The position numbers were made by a program, and so were the translations under genes. From Nitrosopumilaceae archaeon (lineage in GTDB: Archaea; Thermoproteota; Nitrososphaeria; Nitrososphaerales; Nitrosopumilaceae), in assembly GCA_965207375.1 (NCBI GenBank), contig OZ242274.1, forward strand, positions 2,048,001-2,112,000: a stretch of DNA of 64,000 bases, written 5' to 3'. Within the stretch, counting starts at the first letter, position 1, and every line of letters begins with the position of its first letter. Below, piece by piece: positions 10,028 to 20,338 of this stretch. Under the pieces are notes generated by a model. That model was not told the origin of the DNA, made no database searches, and was given only the letters and a program-made list of their open reading frames with translations.

Positions 10028-10464
10028 CTCGATTTTTTGGCCTGTACCGGCTTGGCTCTCTTGGCAGGCTTTTTCTTGCTTCTGGCTGCGTTTTTCTTGC
10101 TTAATTCGTACTTTTTCTTCTTATCTGCCAGTATCTTTTCTCTGTTTAATCGATAACGTTTTTTGATTTTGGCTAGTAACTTTTCTTTATTTTTTTGATA
10201 ATAGTCCTTTTTTTGCTCTAAGACCTTCTTTCTGTTCTGTACATTGTACTGTTTGTTATATTCCTTGAATCGCTCCTTGTCTGATTCGTATAGTTCTTTG
10301 TGATTTGCCTTGATTTGCTCTTTGTTTTTTTGATAATAATTGGCGCTGACTTGATTTTCCTGCTCTTTATTTGCTGTATAATGCTTTTTGCGATTTTTCT
10401 TTATTTTCTCTTTATTTTTCTGATAATATTCTTGATGTTGTTTTGTGTATGTAGATAGTTGCAA
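10024..10464 (-). CDS. Highly basic Lys/Tyr repeat protein, paralogue of 9230-10027
   Basis: STYTKQHQEYYQKNKEKIKKNRKK aligns with STYTESHRDYYENNKEKIKENRKK. Confidence 0.75.
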   Translation of the reverse strand: MQLSTYTKQHQEYYQKNKEKIKKNRKKHYTANKEQENQVSANYYQKNKEQIKANHKELYESDKERFKEYNKQYNVQNRKKVLEQKKDYYQKNKEKLLAKIKKRYRLNREKILADKKKKYELSKKNAARSKKKPAKRAKPVQAKKSR

Positions 10465-10469
10465 TTTCA

Positions 10470-10492
10470 GAATAAAAAGAAAAGGGGAAATG
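10470..10492 (-). terminator. Pyrimidine/T-rich archaeal terminator after the S-layer gene
   Basis: TTTCCCCTTTTCTTTTTATTCT on the minus strand just after the stop. Confidence 0.5.
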
Positions 10493-10506
10493 TGTTGTTT
10501 TCTAGT

Positions 10507-13500
10507 CTAGTTGACAGTTATTGTGAGTTCGTTTGGTGGTGATAGTGCAGTTGGATTATCTACAGATTCCCAAACAAATGCAGTTGCAGTATATGTTCCT
10601 GCTTCTGATGGGGTCCATGATAATGCTGGACTAAACGACTGTGAAGGCGTCAATGTTCCTGAAACCCATGCAAGGGCTACAGTCACACTGCCCTCATTCT
10701 GAATCTGTACGATGTATGCAAATGGCTGATCTTTATCCTGACCGTTTGACAAGTCGGCTGTAATCTGCACCTGTTGATCCACTGTTAGAGTATCTAGCGT
10801 ATTGCTAAATGTATCAACTACTCTCAAGTTTGTAGCTGGTGCTCGTTCGAGTGGAGGTATGATTGAGCCAATCAGTGTTGTGGCAGTAATATCGATTTCA
10901 TCTGATGTATCGTGTGGATCAGGTAGTGTACGGTCGTTATATTCAGCAGTGACAGTGTCGCCTTCTGAAACTCTCAGTCTGTGACCGGAGGACGTATCAG
11001 ATACGGTAAAGAATGCCGTTCCTTCAAAGATTCCGGTTGCCTGATTTGTCTCAGTTACAGTCAAGTCAATACCGCCGACATCTGAATCAGACCAGACGTT
11101 AACCTCAAAGTTATCGACTGATTCTGGATTCAAATTCATATCTGGGTCTACTACCCTGACTACACCTGTACCGCTAGCTGCATAGCTTGCTTCAAGCCAT
11201 TGAACCTCACCGATATTCCATCTGACTAGTGCTGATCCTACTACCGTTTCATCCTCTGAAAATTCAAAGGATACGGAGAGACCATCATCGTCCTCAGTTG
11301 CTAGGAAACCATCAGTTGGGCCGCTGCCTTCAGTTTTAGGTGTAACATCGTTTATGCTGTCGCCGTCTACGTCATGTGCAAATCCAGTTAAGATTACCTC
11401 ACCAGTAAAGATTCCAGTGTCGGTGCCGGTTTCAACTAATTTGTAGTTGTCAATGTCAGCACCTCTTGTTGCAATCCTTATTGGGTCGTCATTCGTATTA
11501 CCTATTTCATCTACCAATTTATCATCGAAGTTGTGATCAGGTGCTACAATAGTAATGTAGACCTTATCAGTCCAAGTGTAAACCTTTTGGTCTAGCTCCA
11601 CTGTACTGCCAAAGTTTGATGTGAAAACTGTAAGATTAATATCTTCATCTTCATCACCAACGTGGTCAGAACCAGATGGGCCCCAATCGGTATACTCTAG
11701 TTCGATTTCTTCGCCTCGTTCGAGTTTATCGCCATCAAGTTCTTCAGGCATTTCGACTACAACCTGGAAGATTCCAGTGGAGTCGCCTGTTTCTCTAAAG
11801 GCGTTTGGTTCTGGATCAAATGCGTTTGGATCTGTTCCAAATTTACCCATACTCGTTGTTCCTGCATCTGAATCCCATTCCACTAGATCAAGTGGGTATG
11901 TTTCAGCTCCATCATTGTCAAGGTCAAGATCTGGCTCGATTAGAGTCAAGATCATGTCACTTCCAATAATGTAGACTGATTTATCAGATTGCAGTACGGC
12001 GTTTCTTAGGTCAAATGTAGCTGAATCGGTAACTGAGTTTGGTTCACCAGATGCGTCAGTTGGATCTGTGTATTGTACAGTAATAATGTCGCCCTGTAGA
12101 ACACATCCATCTTTGAACATGTTGTTTTGAGGGGTTGGATATTCTGGACAACCATCTTTAGGTCCATCTTTGTAGCTGATTGGAATATCTGCTTCAAAGA
12201 TTCCAGCGTCAGGTGCAATTTCTAGGATTGGTCCATACTCATTTGCAGTAGCATTTGCAGTTGCTGCGCCTGCTGTTGCAACGACTTTATCATTGTTTTG
12301 TCCTCTTGACACGGTCACCTTTATAGGTCCTGTTGTACCACTTGCAATTTTATCTTCACCAGAGGCTGATATGTCATAGTCAGAATCAGAGACTCTGACG
12401 TGGATTATTGTCTTGCCTTCTGATAGATACTTTGCATTAGGATTAGTTAGTTCTGCTTCTTTGAATGCCTCACCATCTTCATTTATTGATGGATGAAGTG
12501 GGAATACATTACCTGCGAATGGAACTGGATAAACTGTTCTGTCAAAGGTTACAGAGCCTGTACTGGCTCGTATGCCTGCAGAATCGCCTACCTCAATTTC
12601 TTCACCTGAAGCATCTCTAAAGTCCTGATAGTTTACCTCAATGTCAAGTCCTGTAGGTGATTTTGGATCTGTGGGTTTACCATCGATCTCGACACATTGC
12701 ATTTCAGGAATCTGGAACGTTGCCATGAATACTCCACTGGCTTTTTCTGTTTCTCTCAGAGTGCCAACGTTGCCTGCAAGTCCTTTATACTTAGGATCAG
12801 CGCATGCGACCCACTTTTTGTCATCAAATGTTACATCAAGTAACAATGAGCCATCAATGAGTGTGCCGTTGCCAATATCTCTTCCAAAAACATCGCCTAC
12901 AGTGGTGTAAATATCGATTACATCACTGTCAGTGTTCAAGTCAGCATCAGTCAATTTGATAGTAACTGTGTCAGCTACTTTGTAGTTATCACCATCAAAT
13001 TCTACGACGGCCGAGTGTGTTGGTGCTGTCTGTTGATCAGATGTTTGAGTTTGGACACCTTGATCGTCATGATCATAGTAAATCATTTCTACTGCATCTT
13101 CATCCGTCAAATCCTCATGAACTATAATGTCTAGTTCATCAGAAATTGTGGCAAGACCAGTAAAGGTGTCTTCATCAAATCGGTTGATCTGGTTTAGCAT
13201 TACATACTCTACTGTACCTTCGTATACGCCTGTATCGGTGTTTGTTTCTTCTGGTTCGAATCTGTATATGGCATCATTGTATCTGCCATTTTCATCTTGG
13301 CCGAATTTGAACAGATCCAATACAATTGGGTATGTATCAGCTTCTATAGCTTTTTGGAAGTTTAGCTGTAGTGATACTTTACCGCTTGCATTTAGGAATT
13401 GTTCAAGTGGAGTTAGATCTGATTGTGTTGTTTGTTGTACCTGAACTGTTTGTCCAAAGATTTCACCAAATGAGTTGATTGCACAGTCAATACATGATAC

Positions 13501-16500
13501 TGTCTGTGGGTTGCTCAATATGGTTGAACTGGAAGGTGATACTCCTGGAATTGGACAGTTAGTAGCGTCAGTAGTTACTTTTTCTGGTGCTTGGAAAGTG
13601 ATTCCATGGGTACTGCCACTAGTGGCATCAACTTCAAAGACATCATATACCATGCATGCTAGGTCACCATCGGCGTTTAGCTTTGTATTGTATATCAAAG
13701 CGTCATCGCTGTATTCCTCTGCAATGAAAGGAATCATGGTTGCTAATTGTGCAGCTGTGTGATCCTTTCCAAGAGCATCTATTGCTCTGGCTAGAATCTG
13801 ACCTGCATCGTATGCAGAGTATGCATGTCTGTCAAAGATATTACCATCACTGTCAACAGTTACTGTTGCGGATGCTTGTAGATCGTTCTTCAATGCAGTG
13901 TGGTTTGCATTAATATCATTTAGTGCAAACTTTATCGTCTTTAGATTTGTCTCGATTAACAATTGTTGTTGTGGGTCACCTTGTAGTATATTCTCGAATG
14001 TGTCTGCTGTTCCATCTGGAATGTCAGGAATAATTAATTGCGTTGTATTGATGCCAGTGTAGACAAAGTGTCCTGTCTGGTTTTGTTCAGATAGTTGTCG
14101 AGTTAGTACGTCAAGACTATGATTGGTAAACTCTAGTAAGATAATTGCTGTTTGTGCATCAAGATGAGCACCACTTGGCAATAAACCAGTACTAGGATGT
14201 TTTAGAGTAGCATTGATAGTGTCTTGTGCTGAACTAAAGTCTGTATCTGCGACTGAACCGTCATAAGAGATAGTTCTATGATTAGCACCATATTCGTCCT
14301 CTAATGCATCAGCGTATGAATTACTCCAAGCATCATCACGTTGTATGGATATGATTTGATCAAACTCGCTTCCTGGAATTACTTCTTCATTCAGTATTTT
14401 ATTTACCTGACGTTGTGTATCAACAGTTAGTCTGAAAATACCGTCATTTGGATTGGCAAATTCTGCTGATGTTGAAGCATAGCTTAACATGACAATGTCT
14501 CCATCGTCTGTACCGATCTTGCCGGTGTCGTCAAGCGTCTTCAACTGTTCTGAAGTGTAAGTACCTACTGCTCCTTTAACATCTGTATTTAGTACAGACT
14601 GTATATCCTGTGTAGGAGTTGCGGTTAGGGGTAGTTTTGTCGGATTAATGGTTTGAGATGTTTCTTTGTAGGCTGGATCGTCATAATCGTCTACAGCTTT
14701 GTCAAATGCTGCTCCAAAGTGTTCCATTTCGTAAGCACTGTCACGATCGTGTAACAATGGAATTGTGACAGTTGTGTCAAAGTCTGAACCTCTAGTAGGT
14801 CGTACATCTGCTGCTGCATTTACTGTTATAGTAACTTGTGCAGTTGATCTTTCACCGCCATCGTCCATTGCAGTAAAGGTAAAGACTTTATCACCTATAT
14901 CGGCTGTAACAGGAGTCCATGTAAAGACGCCTGTTGTAGGATTAACTGTAGGATTATTTGTTACCTGTGCAGTTGCAGTGAGTCTGATTGTGTTTCGAGT
15001 GTCAGCTGGATTAGCGTCAGTTACATCAACAGTGAATGTCACTGCTTGATCTACCGTTGCTTGTGTCACAGCATTGCTTGTATCAATTACTGGAGCAACG
15101 TTTGGTACGTTAGGATCTGGCGTTTGACCATTTGTTGCTGCACTTACTGTTATAGTAACTTGTGCAGTTGATCTTTCACCGCCATCGTCCATTGCAGTAA
15201 AGGTAAAGACTTTATCACCTATATCGGCTGTAACAGGAGTCCATGTAAAGACGCCTGTTGTAGGATTAACTGTAGGATTATTTGTTACCTGTGCAGTTGC
15301 AGTGAGTCTGATTGTGTTTCGAGTGTCAGCTGGATTAGCGTCAGTTACATCAACAGTGAATGTCACTGCTTGATCTACCGTTGCTTGTGTCACAGCGTTG
15401 CTTGTATCAATTACTGGAGCAACGTTTGGTACGTTAGGATCGACTGGTGCTGCATCTACTGTTATAACAATAGATACTGGATCAGATCGTGTATTTTCAT
15501 CGTCAATTGCTACAAAGGTGAAGGTATTACGTCCTATATCAGCTGCAACTGGAGTCCATGTAAAGTTACCTGCTGCGGTTAATGTAGCAGTAGCTGTTTG
15601 TCCTTGTGGTTGAGTCATTTCGAAAGTCAAACTTTCAGGACTGTCGCCTGGGTTATCATCTGTTCCTTCAACCATGAAGGTCAATCGTTCGCCTACTGTT
15701 GCTGTTGTTGTTACGCTAGTTGCTGTAAATGATGGAGCTACGTTAACAATTGGTACTGGACGTACGTCTATGGTGACAACTTCTGTATCGGTGCCTCCGT
15801 TACCGTCATCTACTGTAAACTGTATGTTTGCAGTACCTACGGATGTTGGAGTAAATACAAAGACATTATCATTGTTTGCTGATACTGTTTCTGTATTGTT
15901 TGCGCTGTAAGTAAGACTGTCATTGTTGTCGTCAGTTGCTACAACAGTTAGTGTCAAAGGTTGATTTTCTACTACTTCTCTTGGACCATTTACTGATGAT
16001 ATGACTGGGACTGCGTTAGATGGAACAACTGGAGTTGTTGTTATAGGACAGTTAGTAGCGTCAGTGGTTGCTTGTTTTGGAGCTGAAAGTTCAAATCCTG
16101 TTTTGACGTCATCAATTTCAAATATGTCATATACCATACATTCAAGATCACCAGTGGTGGAATCAAGAACGGTTCTGTATATCAAAGCATCAGAGCTGTA
16201 AGCTTTTGCTGCTGTTGGTATAGCTGCGGCTAAATCAGCAGATGTATAATCCGTTCCAAGACCGTTTATGGCTCGTGTTAGGATTTGACCTGCGTCGTAT
16301 GCGGCATATGCATGTCTGTCAAAGATGTTACCATCACTGTCAAAGTTGACCTCTGTCAATATGGCCTGGTCTAGAACATCATTCAATCTTTCTTGATCTG
16401 CATTGTTACCACTTAGTGCAAACTTTATCGTCTGCATATCTGTGTCTTGTAGCAATGCAAGAGCAGCATCGGTTAGAGAGCCAAAGGCTGCACTTGGAAC

Positions 16501-18798
16501 ATCAGGAATGATGAATTTTGTGGTTTCAATTCCTGCATAAGCATTAGAATTACCGTCCTTTCTAGCAAGTTCTTCTATCAGTGCATCAAGTCTATCATGA
16601 TTATATTCAAGAATCACGATTGCTGTTGTTACATTACCTGACAAACCAGTTAATACGCTGCTAAACTCTACTGTTATGTCTTTTGCGTCAGTATTGTATG
16701 CAATAGTTCTATGATTGTCACCGTATGTTGCCTCTAATGCTGCAACATAGTCCTTACTCCATGCATCGTTTAGATGTATGGAGATGACATTATCAAAGTC
16801 AGCAATTGGAATCAATTCAGTTATTATACTTTCCACCTGACGAGATGTATCTGTAGTCAATCTAAAGATACCATCGCCTGGTTCTGCAAATGATTGTGCT
16901 GCTGAAGAGTAACTTAACAAGACAATTTGTCCATCATCTGTACCGATCTTGCCGGTGTTGTTAAGAATCCTCAACTGTTCAGAGGTATAAGTACCGACTG
17001 CTCCTTTAGCGCCTGCATCTAGTACAGCCTGTATAGGATTAATTCCTAAATCTCGCTTTAGTGAGCTAAATGTTTTGGAATCGACCTCATAGTCTGAAAC
17101 TGCTTTATCAAATGCTGTTCCAAAGTGTTGTGATTCATAAGCACTACCAGAGTTGTATAGTAATGGAATTGCTATTGTCTCTTTGTTATCACAACTTTGT
17201 CTATCGTGTTCTAACAATATTGAATCCTGTCCAGATGCGTCACTTGCGATACAGAATGTATCGCCGTTGACAACAAGGGATATGTCTGCTTTTTCATTTA
17301 ATGAACGCAGATCATAGTTTATCAAGTTAAAGACCTCAGTATTGTCGCCCACAAATGCTCCTAACTCATCAGCTGTAATATCAAGTGGAATTTCCAACGA
17401 TAATTCGTCTCCATCAGTGGTAAGGATTCCCCTATCACTGAAATCTTGACTCGTCAAGTTGTAATTGGGTTGATCACTATTGTCATAATTACCCAATGTG
17501 ATTGGTTCGCCTATCTGTATTGTAGGAATTGCTGCGTCTGGATTCTTGTGTACTTCATAATCGTTGTCTGACTTTGTGTTTTTGTTAAAGTCAGCGTCTT
17601 CGATCATGACAGTTATAGATTCACCTGAGTTCCAAACCCCTTCAATTGATGTTGGAAGGAATGTTACAGAACCGCCGGTATAATCGACAGCATAGTTTGT
17701 TGTGTCATCGTTATAATCGACTATAAAGTCGAGTCCACGAATATCTGCGTTGTCTGTTGTCTTCAAGTTTGAGTTGTCAGCTGTATTGGTATTATCAAAC
17801 ATTCCAGAGTTTGGTTCGCTCTCTTGGAAAGTTATGATGTTTTTGTCTGTAAAGTGTGCAAGATTACTATCTTGCTCATCGTTATCCACAAACACCAATA
17901 ATGATTCATCAGTGTTTGGCATTGGATCGATTATCAAAAATCCGTTATCACCAAAGTTGGCTTTACCAAGATCTTCTTTAATATCCTTTACCAGAAATTT
18001 TGTGTTTAGGTCTCCAGATGTCTCAAAGGCATAATAGTATGTCTCTGTGTTGTCTGCATCATCTGCCGTTACAAATGTCCAAGTATCTTCGTCAGTAGGA
18101 TCTATGTTTAGTTGATTGTCGTTGATTGTAATGTGTACATCTGCACCGTGCGGATATGTCTGTCTATCAAGCTCATAGCTTGGAAAGTCATCCATATCCT
18201 CGGTGTATACTACATTAATTGTCTGAGCGGGTGATGTTCCATAGACAACTTTGAGTGTTGAGTCATCTGCAAAGTCGTTAAATGTCTGGATGAACGGCCA
18301 CGTGTTTTTTGGCAGGTTAATTTGACCAAGAGTAATTGAATCTCTGGCGGCGGTGGGTTCTTTGTGGTTTCGAACCAACTCATCGACACCACAGAAGAGT
18401 GTGTCTGCATCAGAAAAGTCATCAAGATCATCAGTACATGTTGTACCTATTCCCAATGCTTTTGTAAATACATCAAGCTCATCTGTAGATGCGACATACG
18501 CGTACCATTTACCGTCATTAGCCTGTGTCATTCTCAAATCGTTGCCATCAAAGGTAACGTCTGGTTCTGCTTCGACTTCATCAGTTTCACCATAATTGGA
18601 ATCGTTGACTATAATCTCTACTATCATTGGGCCACCAAAGGTTGTGGTTGAAACGTATAGGTTTGCATTGGTAGAACTTTGTGCCATAGCATCTGGTGTT
18701 ACACCAGGTATAGCGAAAGTCATACCACCAGCAACCATGATTGCCATTAAACTAAGACTAGTTAGTTTTTTTTGTATGTTTTTATTATGTCGTAACAT
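10507..18798 (-). CDS. Nitrosopumilus-type S-layer protein (SlaA-like) with inserted PBP-like and Ig-like domains
   Basis: Signal peptide KLTSLSLMAIMVAGGMTFAIPG; NANLYVS; repeated ETxxxTGxF Ig units; C-terminal SWTPSEAGTYTATAFVWESVDNPTALSP; strongly acidic. Confidence 0.85.
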   Translation of the reverse strand: MLRHNKNIQKKLTSLSLMAIMVAGGMTFAIPGVTPDAMAQSSTNANLYVSTTTFGGPMIVEIIVNDSNYGETDEVEAEPDVTFDGNDLRMTQANDGKWYAYVASTDELDVFTKALGIGTTCTDDLDDFSDADTLFCGVDELVRNHKEPTAARDSITLGQINLPKNTWPFIQTFNDFADDSTLKVVYGTSPAQTINVVYTEDMDDFPSYELDRQTYPHGADVHITINDNQLNIDPTDEDTWTFVTADDADNTETYYYAFETSGDLNTKFLVKDIKEDLGKANFGDNGFLIIDPMPNTDESLLVFVDNDEQDSNLAHFTDKNIITFQESEPNSGMFDNTNTADNSNLKTTDNADIRGLDFIVDYNDDTTNYAVDYTGGSVTFLPTSIEGVWNSGESITVMIEDADFNKNTKSDNDYEVHKNPDAAIPTIQIGEPITLGNYDNSDQPNYNLTSQDFSDRGILTTDGDELSLEIPLDITADELGAFVGDNTEVFNLINYDLRSLNEKADISLVVNGDTFCIASDASGQDSILLEHDRQSCDNKETIAIPLLYNSGSAYESQHFGTAFDKAVSDYEVDSKTFSSLKRDLGINPIQAVLDAGAKGAVGTYTSEQLRILNNTGKIGTDDGQIVLLSYSSAAQSFAEPGDGIFRLTTDTSRQVESIITELIPIADFDNVISIHLNDAWSKDYVAALEATYGDNHRTIAYNTDAKDITVEFSSVLTGLSGNVTTAIVILEYNHDRLDALIEELARKDGNSNAYAGIETTKFIIPDVPSAAFGSLTDAALALLQDTDMQTIKFALSGNNADQERLNDVLDQAILTEVNFDSDGNIFDRHAYAAYDAGQILTRAINGLGTDYTSADLAAAIPTAAKAYSSDALIYRTVLDSTTGDLECMVYDIFEIDDVKTGFELSAPKQATTDATNCPITTTPVVPSNAVPVISSVNGPREVVENQPLTLTVVATDDNNDSLTYSANNTETVSANNDNVFVFTPTSVGTANIQFTVDDGNGGTDTEVVTIDVRPVPIVNVAPSFTATSVTTTATVGERLTFMVEGTDDNPGDSPESLTFEMTQPQGQTATATLTAAGNFTWTPVAADIGRNTFTFVAIDDENTRSDPVSIVITVDAAPVDPNVPNVAPVIDTSNAVTQATVDQAVTFTVDVTDANPADTRNTIRLTATAQVTNNPTVNPTTGVFTWTPVTADIGDKVFTFTAMDDGGERSTAQVTITVSAATNGQTPDPNVPNVAPVIDTSNAVTQATVDQAVTFTVDVTDANPADTRNTIRLTATAQVTNNPTVNPTTGVFTWTPVTADIGDKVFTFTAMDDGGERSTAQVTITVNAAADVRPTRGSDFDTTVTIPLLHDRDSAYEMEHFGAAFDKAVDDYDDPAYKETSQTINPTKLPLTATPTQDIQSVLNTDVKGAVGTYTSEQLKTLDDTGKIGTDDGDIVMLSYASTSAEFANPNDGIFRLTVDTQRQVNKILNEEVIPGSEFDQIISIQRDDAWSNSYADALEDEYGANHRTISYDGSVADTDFSSAQDTINATLKHPSTGLLPSGAHLDAQTAIILLEFTNHSLDVLTRQLSEQNQTGHFVYTGINTTQLIIPDIPDGTADTFENILQGDPQQQLLIETNLKTIKFALNDINANHTALKNDLQASATVTVDSDGNIFDRHAYSAYDAGQILARAIDALGKDHTAAQLATMIPFIAEEYSDDALIYNTKLNADGDLACMVYDVFEVDATSGSTHGITFQAPEKVTTDATNCPIPGVSPSSSTILSNPQTVSCIDCAINSFGEIFGQTVQVQQTTQSDLTPLEQFLNASGKVSLQLNFQKAIEADTYPIVLDLFKFGQDENGRYNDAIYRFEPEETNTDTGVYEGTVEYVMLNQINRFDEDTFTGLATISDELDIIVHEDLTDEDAVEMIYYDHDDQGVQTQTSDQQTAPTHSAVVEFDGDNYKVADTVTIKLTDADLNTDSDVIDIYTTVGDVFGRDIGNGTLIDGSLLLDVTFDDKKWVACADPKYKGLAGNVGTLRETEKASGVFMATFQIPEMQCVEIDGKPTDPKSPTGLDIEVNYQDFRDASGEEIEVGDSAGIRASTGSVTFDRTVYPVPFAGNVFPLHPSINEDGEAFKEAELTNPNAKYLSEGKTIIHVRVSDSDYDISASGEDKIASGTTGPIKVTVSRGQNNDKVVATAGAATANATANEYGPILEIAPDAGIFEADIPISYKDGPKDGCPEYPTPQNNMFKDGCVLQGDIITVQYTDPTDASGEPNSVTDSATFDLRNAVLQSDKSVYIIGSDMILTLIEPDLDLDNDGAETYPLDLVEWDSDAGTTSMGKFGTDPNAFDPEPNAFRETGDSTGIFQVVVEMPEELDGDKLERGEEIELEYTDWGPSGSDHVGDEDEDINLTVFTSNFGSTVELDQKVYTWTDKVYITIVAPDHNFDDKLVDEIGNTNDDPIRIATRGADIDNYKLVETGTDTGIFTGEVILTGFAHDVDGDSINDVTPKTEGSGPTDGFLATEDDDGLSVSFEFSEDETVVGSALVRWNIGEVQWLEASYAASGTGVVRVVDPDMNLNPESVDNFEVNVWSDSDVGGIDLTVTETNQATGIFEGTAFFTVSDTSSGHRLRVSEGDTVTAEYNDRTLPDPHDTSDEIDITATTLIGSIIPPLERAPATNLRVVDTFSNTLDTLTVDQQVQITADLSNGQDKDQPFAYIVQIQNEGSVTVALAWVSGTLTPSQSFSPALSWTPSEAGTYTATAFVWESVDNPTALSPPNELTITVN
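14820..15441. repeat. Tandem 298-bp near-identical duplication (14820-15117 and 15144-15441), period 324 bp
   Basis: Identical except one synonymous A/G difference (15073 vs 15397); each copy encodes one Ig-like domain. Confidence 0.95.
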
Positions 18799-19276
18799 GT
18801 TATTGGTTTTTTTCCATAAACTACAGAATTACATCTAGTTTTGACTTGATTCACGCACGATAAAATTTGATAGCGCCTGGCATTCGTAAAGGCCTATGAG
18901 TAGAAATGCCAAAATCAGAATTTTCATGCCTGATTCAGGCACATCAAAAGATGGATCATTCGTCCATTTGTCTTATATAGTTAGTTTATGGAAAGAAACT
19001 AATAATTTTTAACAAGTTTTACAGCTACAAACCAATCATTTTTGATTCAATTACATACCCAGTCAGAACAGTACAAAAAAATCAACACTCCAGAGACCAT
19101 GACGCAGGAATCATACAGTCAATTACAAAAATAGTCATGTTTTGACTGTCCTAAATAAATACAAAAGATCAAAATAAGTGTCATATATGACATGTACTTG
19201 TCCACATTACACCTAATTTTTCAATTATCATATCACACCATTTGAGTACAAATCAACTCGATTACGTTAACAAGTG

Positions 19277-20311
19277 TTATTTTGTAATTATAATTTTCAT
19301 GGCATTTTTGCCGGTTCTTGCATGATCAAATGCCTTTTGTGATTCAGAGATGCTATACGTATGCGTGATTAGTTGTTTGACGTCAATTTGTGCAGATGAA
19401 ATCAAATCCAAGGCCTCTTTTGTATCTGAATCAGATGCAGCATAACTTGTAAACAGTGAAACCTCTTTGGCATAAATTTTACTTGCATCCATTTGCATAA
19501 TTGCACCCTTTGAAGGAACCCCAAACATCATCACAGAGCCTCCGTTACGTACTAGATCAATTGCGTCTTCAAATGCATTCAAACTGCTTGTTGCAACTAT
19601 GGCAACATCGACACCGCGATTATCAGTGTGCTCTAAAATCTTTTTTTTTCTATCAGGATCAGCAGAATGTATAGAATCAGTAACTCCAAATTTTTTGGCA
19701 AAATCAAGTCGAAAGTCATTTACATCCAAACAAAATATCTTTCCAAATTGCTTGTATTGAGCAAGCATCGTATGCATCATTCCGGTAGGACCCACGCCCA
19801 AGATAGCAACAGAATCATTTTGGATATAAGAGAGTTTTTTCCATGCACGTATACAACAAGCTAAAGGTTCAATCATTGCAGCCTCCTCAAAGCTCACATG
19901 TGAGGGCAGCTTCAAAATACCACCATGAGAAACATTCCATGCAGGAACCACATATTTTTGAGACAATCCACAAGGAGAAAGATTTGTTTGAGAATACTTT
20001 GGACATACTGTTTCATTTCCGTGCATGCATAAATGACAAGAGTAACACGGAACGTGATGGTGTGTAAAAACCCTGTCTCCGGAATTAAAATCAGAAACAT
20101 CAGAGCCTACAGATACTATAACACCTGCAGGTTCATGTCCTAAGCGCATAGACGTTTTGCCATACTTTCCAAATACTTTTTCTAGATCAGAGCCACAAAT
20201 ACCACAGGCCTCCATTTGCACCAGAACATCTCCAGAATTTATCTGCGGTTCGTCAATATTATCAACAGTAACAACTGATGGTGATTTGACAGATGTGGTT
20301 TTCATATACAC
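19277..20311 (-). CDS. Zn-dependent alcohol/polyol dehydrogenase (MDR family)
   Basis: CGICGSD, GHEPAG, structural-Zn Cys cluster, GVGPTG. Confidence 0.9.
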   Translation of the reverse strand: MYMKTTSVKSPSVVTVDNIDEPQINSGDVLVQMEACGICGSDLEKVFGKYGKTSMRLGHEPAGVIVSVGSDVSDFNSGDRVFTHHHVPCYSCHLCMHGNETVCPKYSQTNLSPCGLSQKYVVPAWNVSHGGILKLPSHVSFEEAAMIEPLACCIRAWKKLSYIQNDSVAILGVGPTGMMHTMLAQYKQFGKIFCLDVNDFRLDFAKKFGVTDSIHSADPDRKKKILEHTDNRGVDVAIVATSSLNAFEDAIDLVRNGGSVMMFGVPSKGAIMQMDASKIYAKEVSLFTSYAASDSDTKEALDLISSAQIDVKQLITHTYSISESQKAFDHARTGKNAMKIIITK

Positions 20312-20338
20312 ACAGATATCAAAATAGCTATAAGTAGA

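Noticed and set aside
10511-18838. Many plus-strand ORFs of 60-117 aa
   Set aside because: Antisense shadows of the S-layer gene caused by codon bias.
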